Shown here piece by piece: positions 46,071-57,429 of a stretch of 64,000 nt of DNA. Each line of letters starts with the position of its first letter. The stretch's first letter is position 1. Made by a program: the position numbers and the translations under genes. The stretch is from contig CAWFGE010000012.1 of assembly GCA_963815195.1 (NCBI GenBank), positions 64,001 to 128,000 on the forward strand, given 5' to 3'. The DNA is from an uncultured Planctomycetaceae bacterium (GTDB lineage Bacteria; Planctomycetota; Planctomycetia; Planctomycetales; Planctomycetaceae). The notes beneath the pieces were generated by a model. It worked only from the letters and a program-made list of their open reading frames with translations, was not told the DNA's origin and ran no database searches.

Positions 46071-47324
46071 CTAATCCACGCCGAAGCCGGTTTCGTAGCC
46101 TTTGAGTGATTTCTCAAAATGATCCTGCGTCGGCGCACGGCGGCCGAAGGTGAGCGGCTCGAACACCCGCACGATCGCGTGGAGTCCCTGGTAAGCCCCG
46201 CGATGCCCGCGGACGGCTTTGAGATAATCCCGCACCGTCATGCCCCGGCGGAACCGCACCCAGCCCGCGCGTTCGACCTGGCTCATCGCCCCCAAGAGCA
46301 ACTGCACGACGGCTTCGCGGTAGCGGCCTTGCTCCGCGAGCATCCGCGCCTGGGCCACGTAGATGTCGGCGGGCACGTCGCCGGGGGCCTGGGCGGGCGG
46401 CAAGTCCATCGACGCGGCGGCGCTCGCTTCGGAAACGTGTGCAGAGGGAAGCCGATCGAAGTCGCGAATCGCTTTGATAATCAACCAAACAATCAGGCTG
46501 CAAATCACCGCCAAGACCGTCCAAGCCAAAAGATGAAACGCCGCCCCCACCACCTGGGCGAAGGTGCCGGCTGTCGGACGGCCGACACGGGACGGCTCGC
46601 GATTCGCGGACGGCTCGCGCGGCGTGGGAGCCGGCAGTTGGTCGCCCGCCTGTTGCGGAGGCTCCGGCCCGCCGGCGTTCGGGACGTTGCCTTGGGGGGC
46701 CCGGTTTCCGGGCGGCTCGGCCTTTTCGCCCCCCGCCTGGTTTGGCGGATTCCGATTCCCATGCCGGGCATCGCCCGCGGGATTGTTGGGATCATTCCCG
46801 CCCGGGGGTTGGCCGGCGGGTTCGTTTTGATCGAGTTCATTCGGCCGGCGGTCTCCGGGATTCAATCCCAGGTCGGGATCGTTCAAGGGGTTCTCGACCT
46901 TGTCCCGAAGCAACTCGTCGCCGTTCCCCAAGGCGTCGTTCGCGTTTTTGGGAAAATCATTTCCCCCTTCCGGATTTCCGGGAGGAGCATTTCGCTCGCC
47001 GGGGACGTTCTGTCCTCCGAGCCGGCCAGGATCTTGTGGCCTGCCGGGACCAAGCCGCTCACCGCGTTGGCCGGGCTTGCGTTCGCCGGCTCCGCGTCCG
47101 CCGGTGGGAGATTTCAGCCGCGGGATTCCCGAACCCCGGCGAAGATCGGAAAGCACGCTTCCGCGCTGGCCCGGTTCCAAGCGGGGGAACATGCGAAACT
47201 CCGGCCGCGACAGAATCGTTTCCGCCGTCCGCCGAATCCGGGTTTGGTGCGAGGGAACCTGCCCCCTGCACGGAGACGAGACCCCGCAAACGACCGCGAA
47301 CATCAAAATCAAAGCATAACGCAT
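46071..47324 (-). CDS. DUF4129 domain protein with a long disordered Gly/Pro/Asn-rich region
   Basis: ILSRPEF, TM, ARMLAEQGRYREAV, GMTVRDYL, FEPLTFGRR. Confidence 0.75.
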   Translation of the reverse strand: MRYALILMFAVVCGVSSPCRGQVPSHQTRIRRTAETILSRPEFRMFPRLEPGQRGSVLSDLRRGSGIPRLKSPTGGRGAGERKPGQRGERLGPGRPQDPGRLGGQNVPGERNAPPGNPEGGNDFPKNANDALGNGDELLRDKVENPLNDPDLGLNPGDRRPNELDQNEPAGQPPGGNDPNNPAGDARHGNRNPPNQAGGEKAEPPGNRAPQGNVPNAGGPEPPQQAGDQLPAPTPREPSANREPSRVGRPTAGTFAQVVGAAFHLLAWTVLAVICSLIVWLIIKAIRDFDRLPSAHVSEASAAASMDLPPAQAPGDVPADIYVAQARMLAEQGRYREAVVQLLLGAMSQVERAGWVRFRRGMTVRDYLKAVRGHRGAYQGLHAIVRVFEPLTFGRRAPTQDHFEKSLKGYETGFGVD

Positions 47325-47362
47325 CGGCGCGATTCCGGATCGTTCCGCGCAAGCGAGGGTCT

Positions 47363-48498
47363 TCATAAGTTCAACCCTCGCCTGCGCTTCGGGCTAGAAT
47401 TTTCTCCCGCGGATTCCAGTCGCTGGGTTTCCTGGGCGAGTTGGATCTGGAGATCCCAGCAATCCCGGCGGACCCGTATATCAATATAACAGAAAAACCA
47501 GGCGAGGCGATTGATGGGATAAACCAACAGCGCCGTGGCGGTCAACGCCGCCAGGACGCGCGGATCGTAAACCAGCAGTTGCCAGGCTTGCGAGAGATAT
47601 TCCCCGGCGCCCGCACCGGGCGGAAGGTCCGCCAATCGGCCCAGGAAAATCGGGAAGCGAAAAATCAAACTGCCGACCGCATCCACGCTGACAAATAACA
47701 CGATCCACAGCATGAGCGAATATTGCGCCATCCACGTCGCTCGGCCGAAGAGTTCACCGGTTTCCGCCCTGAGCAGACTTTTGACTTGGGCGGTCTGAAG
47801 CGCGGGATCCAGTCGGGTCAGGCAGGCTTGCTCCAAGGCGAACCCGGTCCGTAGGGCAAGCCAGATGCCAGGGATGATCGTCAAAATCAAAATGGAGCCA
47901 GCCGCCAGTCTTTGACCGGCGGAAAAAACGCCAAGGCCGGTCCGAGGGCGCACACGCTCCGCGTGCAGAGGCTGAAAAAAAACATGCGGCCAGTGCCCCA
48001 ATCGATCCGCTGATAGCGGGCCACGTTCACCAGAGCCTGAAGGGCCACAACAAACCCCGCGAGCCCCAATCCGCCCCACACGGACCAGGCTTGGATTCGC
48101 ACCGATAAGCCCATCCGGTCGCCGACGTTCTCCGCGAGAAACGCCCAGCCCAAGCCCAACACCACGAGGACGAGGCTGATCCCGAACGCGGCCTTCCGCG
48201 AGGAGCGGTTTTCCGCCGGGGCATCTTCCAGCGAATGCCCGAAAACGCGGGGCGCGGCGTCGTTCATAATCAATACGCCCAAGGGCAGCGTGGCAAAATA
48301 AATCAGCACCAAGACCAGCCGCAGGTCCATTTGCCCCCGCAGGGCAAACACGTACACCGCCATTGTGCTCGGGAGCGCCACCAAGAGCCACATGCCCAAC
48401 ACGACGGGCAGAAACCGCCCGATGTACCGCACGGCCAGGTCCAGGCAGTTGTTGGTGCTCCGCGGCACAAACGGGATGATCGGGGAATGGCTGGTCAT
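47363..48498 (-). CDS. Hypothetical membrane protein upstream of the DUF4129 gene; apparent frameshift ~47890
   Basis: PRSTNNCLDLA at the N-terminus, YIDIRVRRDCWDL at the C-terminus, several TM segments. Confidence 0.65.
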
Positions 48499-48697
48499 CG
48501 CGAGGCGGCACCGCGTGAAAAACGTCCTCCAGGAAGCGAACCGCTCGCTGGCCAGATTCGGGGGGAATTGCTATCTTGAACGGCTCACAAATTCACAACT
48601 CTAACGGCGGGACGCAGAAAAAGCCGAGAGCCGCCCCAGAAAATCTACCTCAACTCCAAAACCATTTTGTGCAAATCTTACGAGGAACGAAAGCACG

Positions 48698-49189
48698 ATG
48701 GGAAAAAATCGCCTGGAAATGCGCCGCATGGCCGAAGCGGCGGAAAAACAAAAGAAAGCCTCCGAAAAAACAGACGGCCGCAAAACCAAAAAACGCAAGG
48801 CCGCCAAACGCAAATCCACCGCCCGCAAAACCAAAGATCGCGGCGCAAGGCGCAAACGCATGGTGTGGTGCGTGTTCAACGGCAGCATGAAGGAAGAAGG
48901 CCGCTTCCCTTACGATCAAAAAAAAGCCGCCGAGGATAAACTCGAGCTTTTGCGATCGAAATCGAAAAAACTGTATTTCCTCCAACCCGTCAAAGAGGTC
49001 ATCGGCGACGTCGCTCCGCCCGTCGCCGATGTCCCGCCCGATGTCGAGGACGAACCGGACGAAGAAACCGTGGATTCGGGAGATGGGGATGAAGGGGATG
49101 ACGACGAAGAACTCCCCCTCGACGATGAAGACGTCGTCGATGAACTCGACGAAGATGAAGACGAAGACTCGAGCGACGAGGAAGAATGA
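48698..49189 (+). CDS. Hypothetical protein with a Lys/Arg-rich N-terminus and an Asp/Glu-rich tail
   Basis: 163-aa ORF; core RMVWCVFNGSMKEEGRFPY...YFLQPVKE. Confidence 0.7.
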   Translation: MGKNRLEMRRMAEAAEKQKKASEKTDGRKTKKRKAAKRKSTARKTKDRGARRKRMVWCVFNGSMKEEGRFPYDQKKAAEDKLELLRSKSKKLYFLQPVKEVIGDVAPPVADVPPDVEDEPDEETVDSGDGDEGDDDEELPLDDEDVVDELDEDEDEDSSDEEE

Positions 49190-49200
49190 TCCCCGCGGAA

Positions 49201-49470
49201 ATCGGGTAGGAGCCGGGGTCGCCCCCGCCATCGTCCCACACCACCGGACGTACTTACACGTTGGAGAGGGATCTTGCATTTCGCGTGGCGAACGTAAGTC
49301 ACCGCGCCGGACTTGTTCCGATTTCTGTTCTTCGAGTCCAAATTTCGCCCTCAGCCCCCTTCAGATTCCGCCTCGCGACGGACACCCCTTGCCTAAGGCT
49401 CACGGTTCCGGTCATTACGGTCCGTAGAGAACTTTCCTCTCGAAAGAAACACAACATGCCAGGAACACAC
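49201..49470 (-). mobile_element. ORF-less, internally deleted group IIC intron remnant retaining both ends
   Basis: Minus strand starts GTG(TG)TTCCTGGCATG; domain I blocks GCAAGGGGTGTCCGTCGCGAGGCGGAATCTGAAGG...GAAGAACAGAAA; ends GTACGTCCGGTGGTGTGGGACG...CTCCTACCCGAT (3' arm of domain V plus domain VI); sits just after a terminator. Confidence 0.85.
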
Positions 49471-49504
49471 AAAGAGGATCGAAGCGCGGAGCCTCGATCC
49501 TCTT
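49471..49504 (-). terminator. Intrinsic terminator-like hairpin downstream of the beta-propeller genes; insertion target of the intron
   Basis: AAGAGGATCGA-N11-TCGATCCTCTT(T), 11-bp perfect stem. Confidence 0.7.
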
Positions 49505-49579
49505 GTGGTTCTCGGTTTTCATTTCCCAATCGCTCCCAATGCCTCATTGGTCATGGGGGCTTGGTCATTGGGATTTCTT

Positions 49580-51343
49580 TTATTTGCCGTTTCCGTTGCC
49601 GTTCGGTTTGTTGCCGATGGCGTACAGCGTGTTCTTGTTGGCGATGTAGAGCACGTTGTTGGCGACGATGGGCGTGGAGTACACGGAGTTCCCCATGTTG
49701 ATTTCGGCGATCTGATTCTGCTTCTTCGAAAGCTCGAAGATGCACACGTCGCCGTCTTCGTCGCCGATGTAAACCTTGTCTTCGACGATCAACGGCGAGC
49801 CCCACGCGGCGGCGAACATGTCGTATTTCCAATACACCGTCGGCTTGCCGTCTTTGTCGGCTTTCTTCGCGTCGAGGCAGTGGAACAGGCCGCTGAAGTC
49901 CGAGATGAACAAGAGATCGTCCTTGATGGCGACCGTACCGCAGGAGCGGTGCATCAGTTCTTCAAAGTCCTTCTTGCCGTTGTTGTCCTCGTCCATCCAG
50001 GAATAATGCCAGACGGCTTTGGACTTGGGATTGGGGACGATCTTTTCGCCGGCATTGGGATCGACGGCTTGAATCCGGCGGTGCGGAATCGGTTTGCCCT
50101 TGGCGTCTTGGGCCAAGGTGGAGCTGACGTCGCCTTCGCCCGTGGGATCGACGCACCACAAGTGGCCGTCGCCTTCGCCGTGCTCGGGGTCCTGACCGAC
50201 GGCCACATACACCAGGCCGTCGTAAACGACCGGGGTGGCGATGAGGTTGTTGCGGGTGCCGCGGCCGCCCAGGATCCACTTGGAATCTTTGGGATTGGCG
50301 TCGAACTTCCACAAGAGCTTGCTGTGGCCTTTGCCGTCGCCTTTCGGATCGAAGCTGTACAGCCAGCCGTCGCCGCCGGCGAACAGGGCTTGCTCGCGGC
50401 CGCCCAAAACGGCATACGTCGGGGAAGACCATTGGCCGTGGAGGATGTTCGTGCCGGGGGCTTTGTCGGTCCAGAGCACTTTGCCGGTGTTGCGGTCCAT
50501 CGCGATGAAGGTCGGCGCATTCGGTGCGGGCAGGTTGATGTGGGATTCGTCCAGGCCGTTCGAGGTGTTGACCAGAAGAATCTCGCCCGCGCACGTCACC
50601 GAGCAGCTGCACATGTTGTGCTGCGAGGTGCCGAGCTGGCCCATCATGTCATACAGCCAGATCACGTCGGCTTCGTCTTTGTTCTGGTTGGGTTCGTTGA
50701 CGTAGGGGCCGTCGTTTTTGCCGTCGCGGAAGCCCTTGGTATCGAGGCAGGCGACTTCGCCCCGGCTGGTGACGTACCACAGGCGTTCGCCGTCCACATA
50801 GGAAGTGGAGCAAATCCCCTGGAGCGGCCAGTCGTGCACGCGGCCGGACGCCAGCTTGGGGCTGGAATGCTGCCAGAGAAAATCGCCGGTCTTCTCATCG
50901 AAGCACAACAAGCAGCCCAGGTCGATTTGGATATTGTTGTTCCAAGGATACCGCGCGATGCGGCCGCCGGCGTTGTTCGTGCCGACGTAAACGTGGCCGT
51001 TGGCGACGATGGGGTTCCCGTAGGTTTGGGAGCCGAGTTGGGCTTGCCAGAGGATGTTCTTGCCCGTGTCCACGTCCCATTGGGTCGGGATGTCCTTGCC
51101 GAGCGGCGTGTTGTTTCGGAGCGACGAGCCGCCCCACTGCGGCCAATCCAAGGGCTTCACGTCCATCTTGGAAATCCGCTCGAGGGCTTCGCGGACCGGA
51201 TCGTATTTCTCGCTCTTTTCCTGGACGAGCTTCTTGGCCTCGGCTTCGAGTTCCTTCGGAGCGTCGGCCCGGCCTTGCGTGAGTCCTAAGATCACCGCGG
51301 CGGCCAGCAAGCCGGCGGCCGTGACATTCAAAACCAATTTCAT
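49580..51343 (-). CDS. PQQ-binding-like beta-propeller repeat protein (BamB-like)
   Basis: Signal peptide, DWPQWGGSSLRN, repeated xSPxVxDGxVY / TGKVLW motifs. Confidence 0.85.
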   Translation of the reverse strand: MKLVLNVTAAGLLAAAVILGLTQGRADAPKELEAEAKKLVQEKSEKYDPVREALERISKMDVKPLDWPQWGGSSLRNNTPLGKDIPTQWDVDTGKNILWQAQLGSQTYGNPIVANGHVYVGTNNAGGRIARYPWNNNIQIDLGCLLCFDEKTGDFLWQHSSPKLASGRVHDWPLQGICSTSYVDGERLWYVTSRGEVACLDTKGFRDGKNDGPYVNEPNQNKDEADVIWLYDMMGQLGTSQHNMCSCSVTCAGEILLVNTSNGLDESHINLPAPNAPTFIAMDRNTGKVLWTDKAPGTNILHGQWSSPTYAVLGGREQALFAGGDGWLYSFDPKGDGKGHSKLLWKFDANPKDSKWILGGRGTRNNLIATPVVYDGLVYVAVGQDPEHGEGDGHLWCVDPTGEGDVSSTLAQDAKGKPIPHRRIQAVDPNAGEKIVPNPKSKAVWHYSWMDEDNNGKKDFEELMHRSCGTVAIKDDLLFISDFSGLFHCLDAKKADKDGKPTVYWKYDMFAAAWGSPLIVEDKVYIGDEDGDVCIFELSKKQNQIAEINMGNSVYSTPIVANNVLYIANKNTLYAIGNKPNGNGNGK

Positions 51344-51386
51344 AACAGGTTCTCCTCGTGTGATAATGGGGGCGGCTCGGTTGGCT

Positions 51387-51450
51387 ATCAGCCGGAACGC
51401 GGTAAGGTCCGGTTCTCTCCGTGAACCGGGGCTAGCGCCCTGCGGCTAAT
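51387..51450. repeat. REP-like palindrome (family A)
   Basis: ATCAGCCGG...CCGGTTC / GAACCGGGGCTAGCGCCCTGCGGCTAAT. Confidence 0.75.
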
Positions 51451-51463
51451 CAATGCGAAACTG

Positions 51464-54071
51464 TCAACCTTTCGGGTTCGAGTACACTTTGATGTTGTCG
51501 TAAAACGAGCTCGGCGTCCTTGGCGTTGCCGAAGGTGCCGGGGCTGCCGGTGAGGTTTGGGCTGGGATCGTCGGCCTCCACGGTCCACTCCTTGGGTTCC
51601 GGTTTGTCGCGCTCCCAGACCTTGCCTTTGAGCACCGCGTTGCCGTCGTTTACGCCGGCCTGGAACTTCAAGCGATACCAGACGCGGGGTTTCCATTCGA
51701 ACGGGGCATTTTGAGCCATCCGCAACTGCGGCGTCCAGGTGCGAATCTGCAGCTGCTGGGACGCTCCCATCAAGTCCAGCGTGTACCGTTGGGCGACCAG
51801 GCCGATGTCCGGCAGCCGGCCCGCTTTCTCGGACGCATACACGTCGGCTTCGATGGTGTAGTCGCTGAGATCGACCGGTCCCATCCAGCCTTGGCTCCGC
51901 ATGCCTTTGGGGATCGTGGTGATCTTCATCATCACGCCGTTGCCGTCGATCTTTCGCGGGCCGCGGTTCACGATCAGGCGGACGCCTTTGAAGGTGTTCT
52001 CCCCGACGGTGGTGGACCACTCCTCCCACTTCCAGTCGGAAACGACCTGCTCGCCTTTGAGGATTTCCAGAAGCGGGTCGATCGCGGTTTTGGATTTCGC
52101 CAGATCGCCGGCGTCGTCGAGGATGTTCATGAACGTGGCAAAATCAGTCCAGCCTTTGCGGGGCGTGCTGTCGTCGTACTTGGCGGTCTTGGTATTGTTG
52201 TTGATGAACGTGCTCATCAGGAAAATGTAAAGCTCGCTCGCCGCCGGGTTTTGCTTTTTGAGCTTTTGCAGAAGGTCAAAGTCGATGGGGATATGCCGAT
52301 AGCGGATGCCCACCCACGTTACGGGAATTTCGCCGTTGTCGAAGTTGTAGCTCCAGGGCAAGGGCGGGATGATGCGGATGCGGGCCGAGCCGGTGAGGTC
52401 GCCGACTTTCGCCGTGATCAAAGCCTGATCGGTGACGGGGTCGATCGGGGCGACGTAAACGCCGTTTTGCACCTGGCCCACACCTTCGACTTTGTATTCC
52501 ACCTTATGCTTCAAATCCCCGGCGAGGCCGACGTATTGGCCGTTCTTATTATACAGCCGGATTTGCAGCGGCTGCCGTTCGCCCGGCTTGAGCCAGGTTT
52601 CCACCGGACACACGGCGGCCTGCGCGGGAACCGCATCGTCGCCGGCGTGCGGGATTTTCGGCGGCGCGGGCCGCGGATCGGTGGCGGGTTCCATACTCGA
52701 TTCGCCGATGCAGTACATCGCATCGCTCGTGGTGATATACATCCGGCCGTGGGAAACGATCGGGGAAGCGTGGACATCGCCAATCCGCAGGCGGTCGCTT
52801 TCCACGACGTCGAACCCGTCCTTGGTCGGTTTGAAGACCCACCAACGGGCGTTTTCGCAAAGGATATAAACTTTGCCATCGACATACAGCGGGCTGCTGA
52901 AGGCCGGTCCGCCGAGGCGTTGTTCTTTGAGCAGGCTGCCGGTTTCCAGGTTGACGCAAAGCAGCGTGCCGCTGGTGCTGGGGTCGCTGATGGCGAAGAC
53001 TTTTCCATCGACGACGACCGGGGCGCCTTTGCCCACGTACATTTCGGTTTCCCGCCAGATTTCCCCGGTGTCGGGGCCTTTGATCGGGCCATGCTGCGTG
53101 CCGTCCAGGCAGAACAGCGCGCCCATTTTCGTGGTGTCGAGGTTTTCCTGATTGTGGCCGCAGATGACTTTATCGCCGACCACGACCGGCGTGGTGCTGA
53201 CGCCGCGGGCGGAGACGTCATACGACCAGATTGGCTTGCCGGTCTCGGGCTGGAAGGCATCGACGCTGCCGTCGCCGGAGGCGAAGACCATCGCCGGTTC
53301 GCCGTTGAAGGCGGTGAGCACCGGGCCGCTGTAGGTCGTGTCGTCCGGCAAGAGCCGGGTGCCGTTGAACCAGACCATTTCGCCGTTTCGCTGATCGAAC
53401 GCCATGAAGCGATGCGCCGGCTTGGCCATGTCGCCCCAGCCGATAATCACCGCGCTGATAATCACCAGGTTCTTGTAGGTGATGGGCATGTTCGTCCGGC
53501 CGCCGTAGGTGCTTAAAAGACCGTATTCCTCGCTGAGCGAATGCGACCAGAGCGTTTTTCCGGTCTTGGCGTCGAGGCATAGAAAATACCCGCATACGCC
53601 CAAGGCGAAGACTTTTTTCGATTCGGGATCGCCGACCACGCAGGACCAGCCCACGCGGGTGTCGGGCACGTCCGAAAGATACACGTTAAACCGGCTTTCC
53701 CATTGAATCTCGCCGGTGGCGGCATCGGCACAGACGACTTTCTCGCCTTCCATCTTCGTGCCGGGCTGATCCCGCACGAGCGTGTAAAGCAGGCCGTCCA
53801 TCACGATGGGCGTGGAGCGGGTGGCGAGTTTTTCGTTTTTCCAGATGAGGTTGTTTTCGCCGACTTTGTCGGGAGACCATTTGTCGGGGATGTTTTTCTC
53901 GCGGGAGATGCCGTTCATCTCCGGCCCGCGCCAATACGGCCAGTCCATCGCGGCCGCGTCCCACGGTTCGCCCGCGCGGACGGCGCTTTGATCCGAATCG
54001 AACAATCCGCCGAACAAAACCCCGGCCGCCAAAAAAACGGCTGCCAAGCGCAGTAGCTGTTTTCGGTCCAT
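51464..54071 (-). CDS. Large PQQ-binding-like beta-propeller protein with C-terminal extra domains; apparent frameshift ~51508
   Basis: Signal peptide, DWPYWRGPEMNGIS, propeller repeats; C-terminal WYRLKF...KVWERDKPEPKEWT..YDNIKV. Confidence 0.83.
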
Positions 54072-54370
54072 GGTGCCCTTCCATTGCCAATGATTTGTGG
54101 AGTGAGGAATCCCAGGCGGGTGAACCGTCCGCCCGCCCAAGGGCGGCCGCGCGGACGATTCGCATCGATCGAGGCAAAAATGTATGTGGCCTCCGATTCC
54201 GCCTGTAACAATTGCGGAATCTGGAGGATCTCTCCTATCACGATAATCAACCGCCCTCCAGACAGCAAGCAGACGCGAACCCTGTTCGCGCTTCTCTTGT
54301 CGCCCGGGCGATCGGATTTGTAGGATAAGCCACAAAAACGGCGACTTTCCAAAAGATCACGGAGACAACC

Positions 54371-55405
54371 ATGCTGCGACCGACGACCGACGGCCCACAC
54401 ATCCAGATTTATGACGAATGGGCCGGCCGGGTGCTCGACGGGGAAACGCTCTCGCGCAAGGAGGCTTTGGCGATTCTGCATACGTCCGATGACGACGTGC
54501 TCGAGTTGCTCGCGGCGGCGTTTCGGGTTCGCCGGGCCCACTTCGGCCGGGAGGTGCAGCTTTATTATCTGAAAAACGCCAAAAGCGGCCTGTGCCCCGA
54601 AGACTGCGGCTACTGCTCCCAAGGCAAAGACGCGACCTCGGACATCGACCGCTATGTGATGCAGAGCGAAACTCAACTCCTCGAGGCGGCGAAACAGGCG
54701 GCCAAATCGAACGCCCGCACTTATTGCATCGTCGCCAGCGGCCGGGGCCCCACGAACCGCGAAATCGAGCACGTCGCGAACGTCGTCCGGAAAGTCAAAT
54801 CCGAGTACGGACTTCACATCTGCTGCTGCCTCGGCCTGTTGACGCCGGATCAGGCTCTGAAACTCAAAGCGGCCGGGGTGGACCGGATCAATCACAACCT
54901 CAACACCAGCCGGCGATTCTATCCCGAGATCTGCACGACCCACACCTACCAGGACCGCCTGGAAACGCTCCGCGTGGCGCAGGGGGCCGGCATGGAACTC
55001 TGCAGCGGCCTGATCGTCGGCATGGGCGAGACGGACGAGGATCTCGTGGACGTGGCGATGGAATTGCAGACTTTGAACGTCCAATCGATTCCCGTGAACT
55101 TCCTGATCTCGATCGAAGGCACGCCCCTCGAAAATCTGCACCGCCTCAATCCGCGGTATTGCCTCAAGGTGCTTTGTCTTTTGCGGTTGACGAATCCCGC
55201 GGTCGAAATCCGCATCGCCGGCGGCCGGGAGGTGCAGCTTCGCTCGATGCAGGCGATGGGCCTTTACGCGGCGAACTCGATGTTCGTCAGCGACTACCTC
55301 ACCACCCCCGGCCAGGCCGCCGAGGCGGATTTCCAGATGATCGAAGACCTGGGCTTCGAAATCGTCCTGGCCGGCGCGGAAACTTCCCGCCCCGGCCAGA
55401 TTTGA
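54371..55405 (+). CDS. bioB: Biotin synthase
   Basis: Radical-SAM motif [47 protein letters not shown]. Confidence 0.96.
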   Translation: MLRPTTDGPHIQIYDEWAGRVLDGETLSRKEALAILHTSDDDVLELLAAAFRVRRAHFGREVQLYYLKNAKSGLCPEDCGYCSQGKDATSDIDRYVMQSETQLLEAAKQAAKSNARTYCIVASGRGPTNREIEHVANVVRKVKSEYGLHICCCLGLLTPDQALKLKAAGVDRINHNLNTSRRFYPEICTTHTYQDRLETLRVAQGAGMELCSGLIVGMGETDEDLVDVAMELQTLNVQSIPVNFLISIEGTPLENLHRLNPRYCLKVLCLLRLTNPAVEIRIAGGREVQLRSMQAMGLYAANSMFVSDYLTTPGQAAEADFQMIEDLGFEIVLAGAETSRPGQI

Positions 55406-55430
55406 ACGACGATGCCGAAACCCCGACGGC

Positions 55431-55904
55431 TCAAGGGCCGTTCGCCTGCCGGCTTTCGGATGGGATTATTTTGTTCGCGGCTGCCTTGGGCACCTCGAAA
55501 TCCCGGCTGGACTCCTGCTTCGGAAGATCGGCGGTCATTTCGTAGGTGGGAAACAGCGATTTGACGATCTCCTCGCCGGAGGCATCTTTGGTTTTGCTGG
55601 CAGGGTCCAGGCCTTCGATTTTGATGATCATCGGGCCGGACGCGTGGCCTTTCCCGCCGGCCAGCCTGGTGTCGAACTTGCCATCGTGGATTTGGGCAAA
55701 ACCGGCGGGGCCGCCATTGTTTTTGCCGCCGTCGGGCATGAAGTAGATCTGGCCCGCGGGAATTGGCTTTCCGTCGAATTTCACGGTGCCTGAAAGCTGG
55801 TAGGTTTCCGGTTCCGCTTCGCCGCAGCCGGCGAGCCAACACGCCACGATTGCCGCCAGAAGGCCGGAACGACGCAACGTCGCGCGGGACGTACGCTGGG
55901 ACAT
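55431..55904 (-). CDS. DUF1559-associated lipoprotein (carboxypeptidase-regulatory-like fold)
   Basis: Lipobox [25 protein letters not shown]; directly downstream of the DUF1559 gene. Confidence 0.8.
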   Translation of the reverse strand: MSQRTSRATLRRSGLLAAIVACWLAGCGEAEPETYQLSGTVKFDGKPIPAGQIYFMPDGGKNNGGPAGFAQIHDGKFDTRLAGGKGHASGPMIIKIEGLDPASKTKDASGEEIVKSLFPTYEMTADLPKQESSRDFEVPKAAANKIIPSESRQANGP

Positions 55905-56054
55905 GATTATGATTCTCCTTGGGAAGTTTCTTGAAAGGGATCGCGACACGATTTCGCGCGCCACCGGCAACTTCTTGCCGGTGCGATCGACCGACAGATG
56001 GCACCGGCGGAAAAGCTGCCGATGCCACCCGGTCGATGCACGATTGAAGGAGCC

Positions 56055-57072
56055 TTACGGGACCTGCGTGGCCTCTTGGGAAGCGCGCGTCGCCAGGGTC
56101 TGATAAACCTGGAAGTTGACGTTCTGGCTGAGAAATCGCGTGCTGCCGTCGCCCAGCAAGAAATGGCATCCGCCGGTGTGGTTGGAGCCGAAGCTGATGT
56201 CGTTGAAGTTGTTCGATCCGTTGTAGTAGGTGGAGTTGATGGGATAGGCGATGCTCTTGGTCGTGCCCGAACCGCCGTTGTTTCCGCGGATCCAGCTCCC
56301 GGTAGTCGTTGCTTTGGCCGCCGGGGAGCGTCATGGAGCGTTCGGCCACCATCAGCGTGTTGGTGGAGCCGTCGAGCATTTCTTTGAAGGACGTATAAAA
56401 CTTGGTGGTAATGCTGCCCGTCTGATCCTTATATTGGCACAACATCCCATCGCAGGGATACGCCCCGTTCCCGGTCGAACCTCCGACCCGGAGGGTGTAG
56501 TTCTTGCCGTTGAAGGTGAACGTTTGCGGGTCCCCGTTTCGCAGGTTGGGCCCCATGATCCCGTAATAGTGGGTCGAATAATTGTTGATTCCGTTGGACC
56601 TCTCGCCGCTGTTGCCGCTGCGGCCCGCCGAACTGTCCGGGTCCGGTCCGGAAGGACAGTACAGGATGGGAACCTTCATATTTCCGACCGCCAGGTTTGC
56701 GGTGGAATTGTAGCCCTGGTTGAAGTTGTAAAGCTTGTAGATATTGGCCTGGTCCATTTGCGGGAGAATGAAAACCAGCCAGGTCGTGCCTTTGAAAAAC
56801 CCGCTCGTGCAGAGGTTGTTCGAGGCCGGGCAGGTGTTTTCCTGGGCACCGGGCGGGAAATGGCCGTAGATTTCGTGGAAGTTGTGCAGAGCGATGCCGA
56901 GCTGCTTGAGGTTGTTTTTGCAGGTCGACCGCCGGGCCGCTTCCCGCGCTTGCTGAACAGCAGGCAGGAGCAGGGCGATCAGGATTGCAATGATGGCAAT
57001 CACCACCAGCAACTCGATCAAGGTGAATCCTCGTCTCTGACTCCGAGCGGGGCCAGGTCTTTTTGTTCTCAT
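56055..57072 (-). CDS. DUF1559 prepilin-type protein; apparent frameshift ~56295
   Basis: [64 protein letters not shown] (H-X9-DG). Confidence 0.92.
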
Positions 57073-57429
57073 TAAACCGTCTCCGTGAAAAAGAAAAAGA
57101 ACGAAAACACGAAATTCGCAAAGGGAAAAATAAGTCGAATGAGAAGTCCGATATGCGTTCGGCGCGTACCCCGATCGCAAAGATCGGAAGTCGATCTGAA
57201 ATGGAAATAGAATCTCCCAAATACAAACCCCGCTCGCGATTGAAAAGGCTCGCCTGCGGGAAAAAATTTCAAAAAAAACCACCCGCGGCGGAACAAAGCA
57301 AACCCCCAAAACGGCCTGAGCCGCGCACGAAGTAAGCGATCTTTCGCTGTCTGAATCCCTGAAAACCGCTTACTTCGTGCGCGGCTCTTGAAGGCCAAGC
57401 CAATTTCTTGACTTTTTTTGGAGGACTGT

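Noticed and set aside
54072..54370. BirA operator or riboswitch upstream of bioB
   Set aside because: No TGTAAAC-N14/16-GTTTACA-like palindrome or recognisable riboswitch seen
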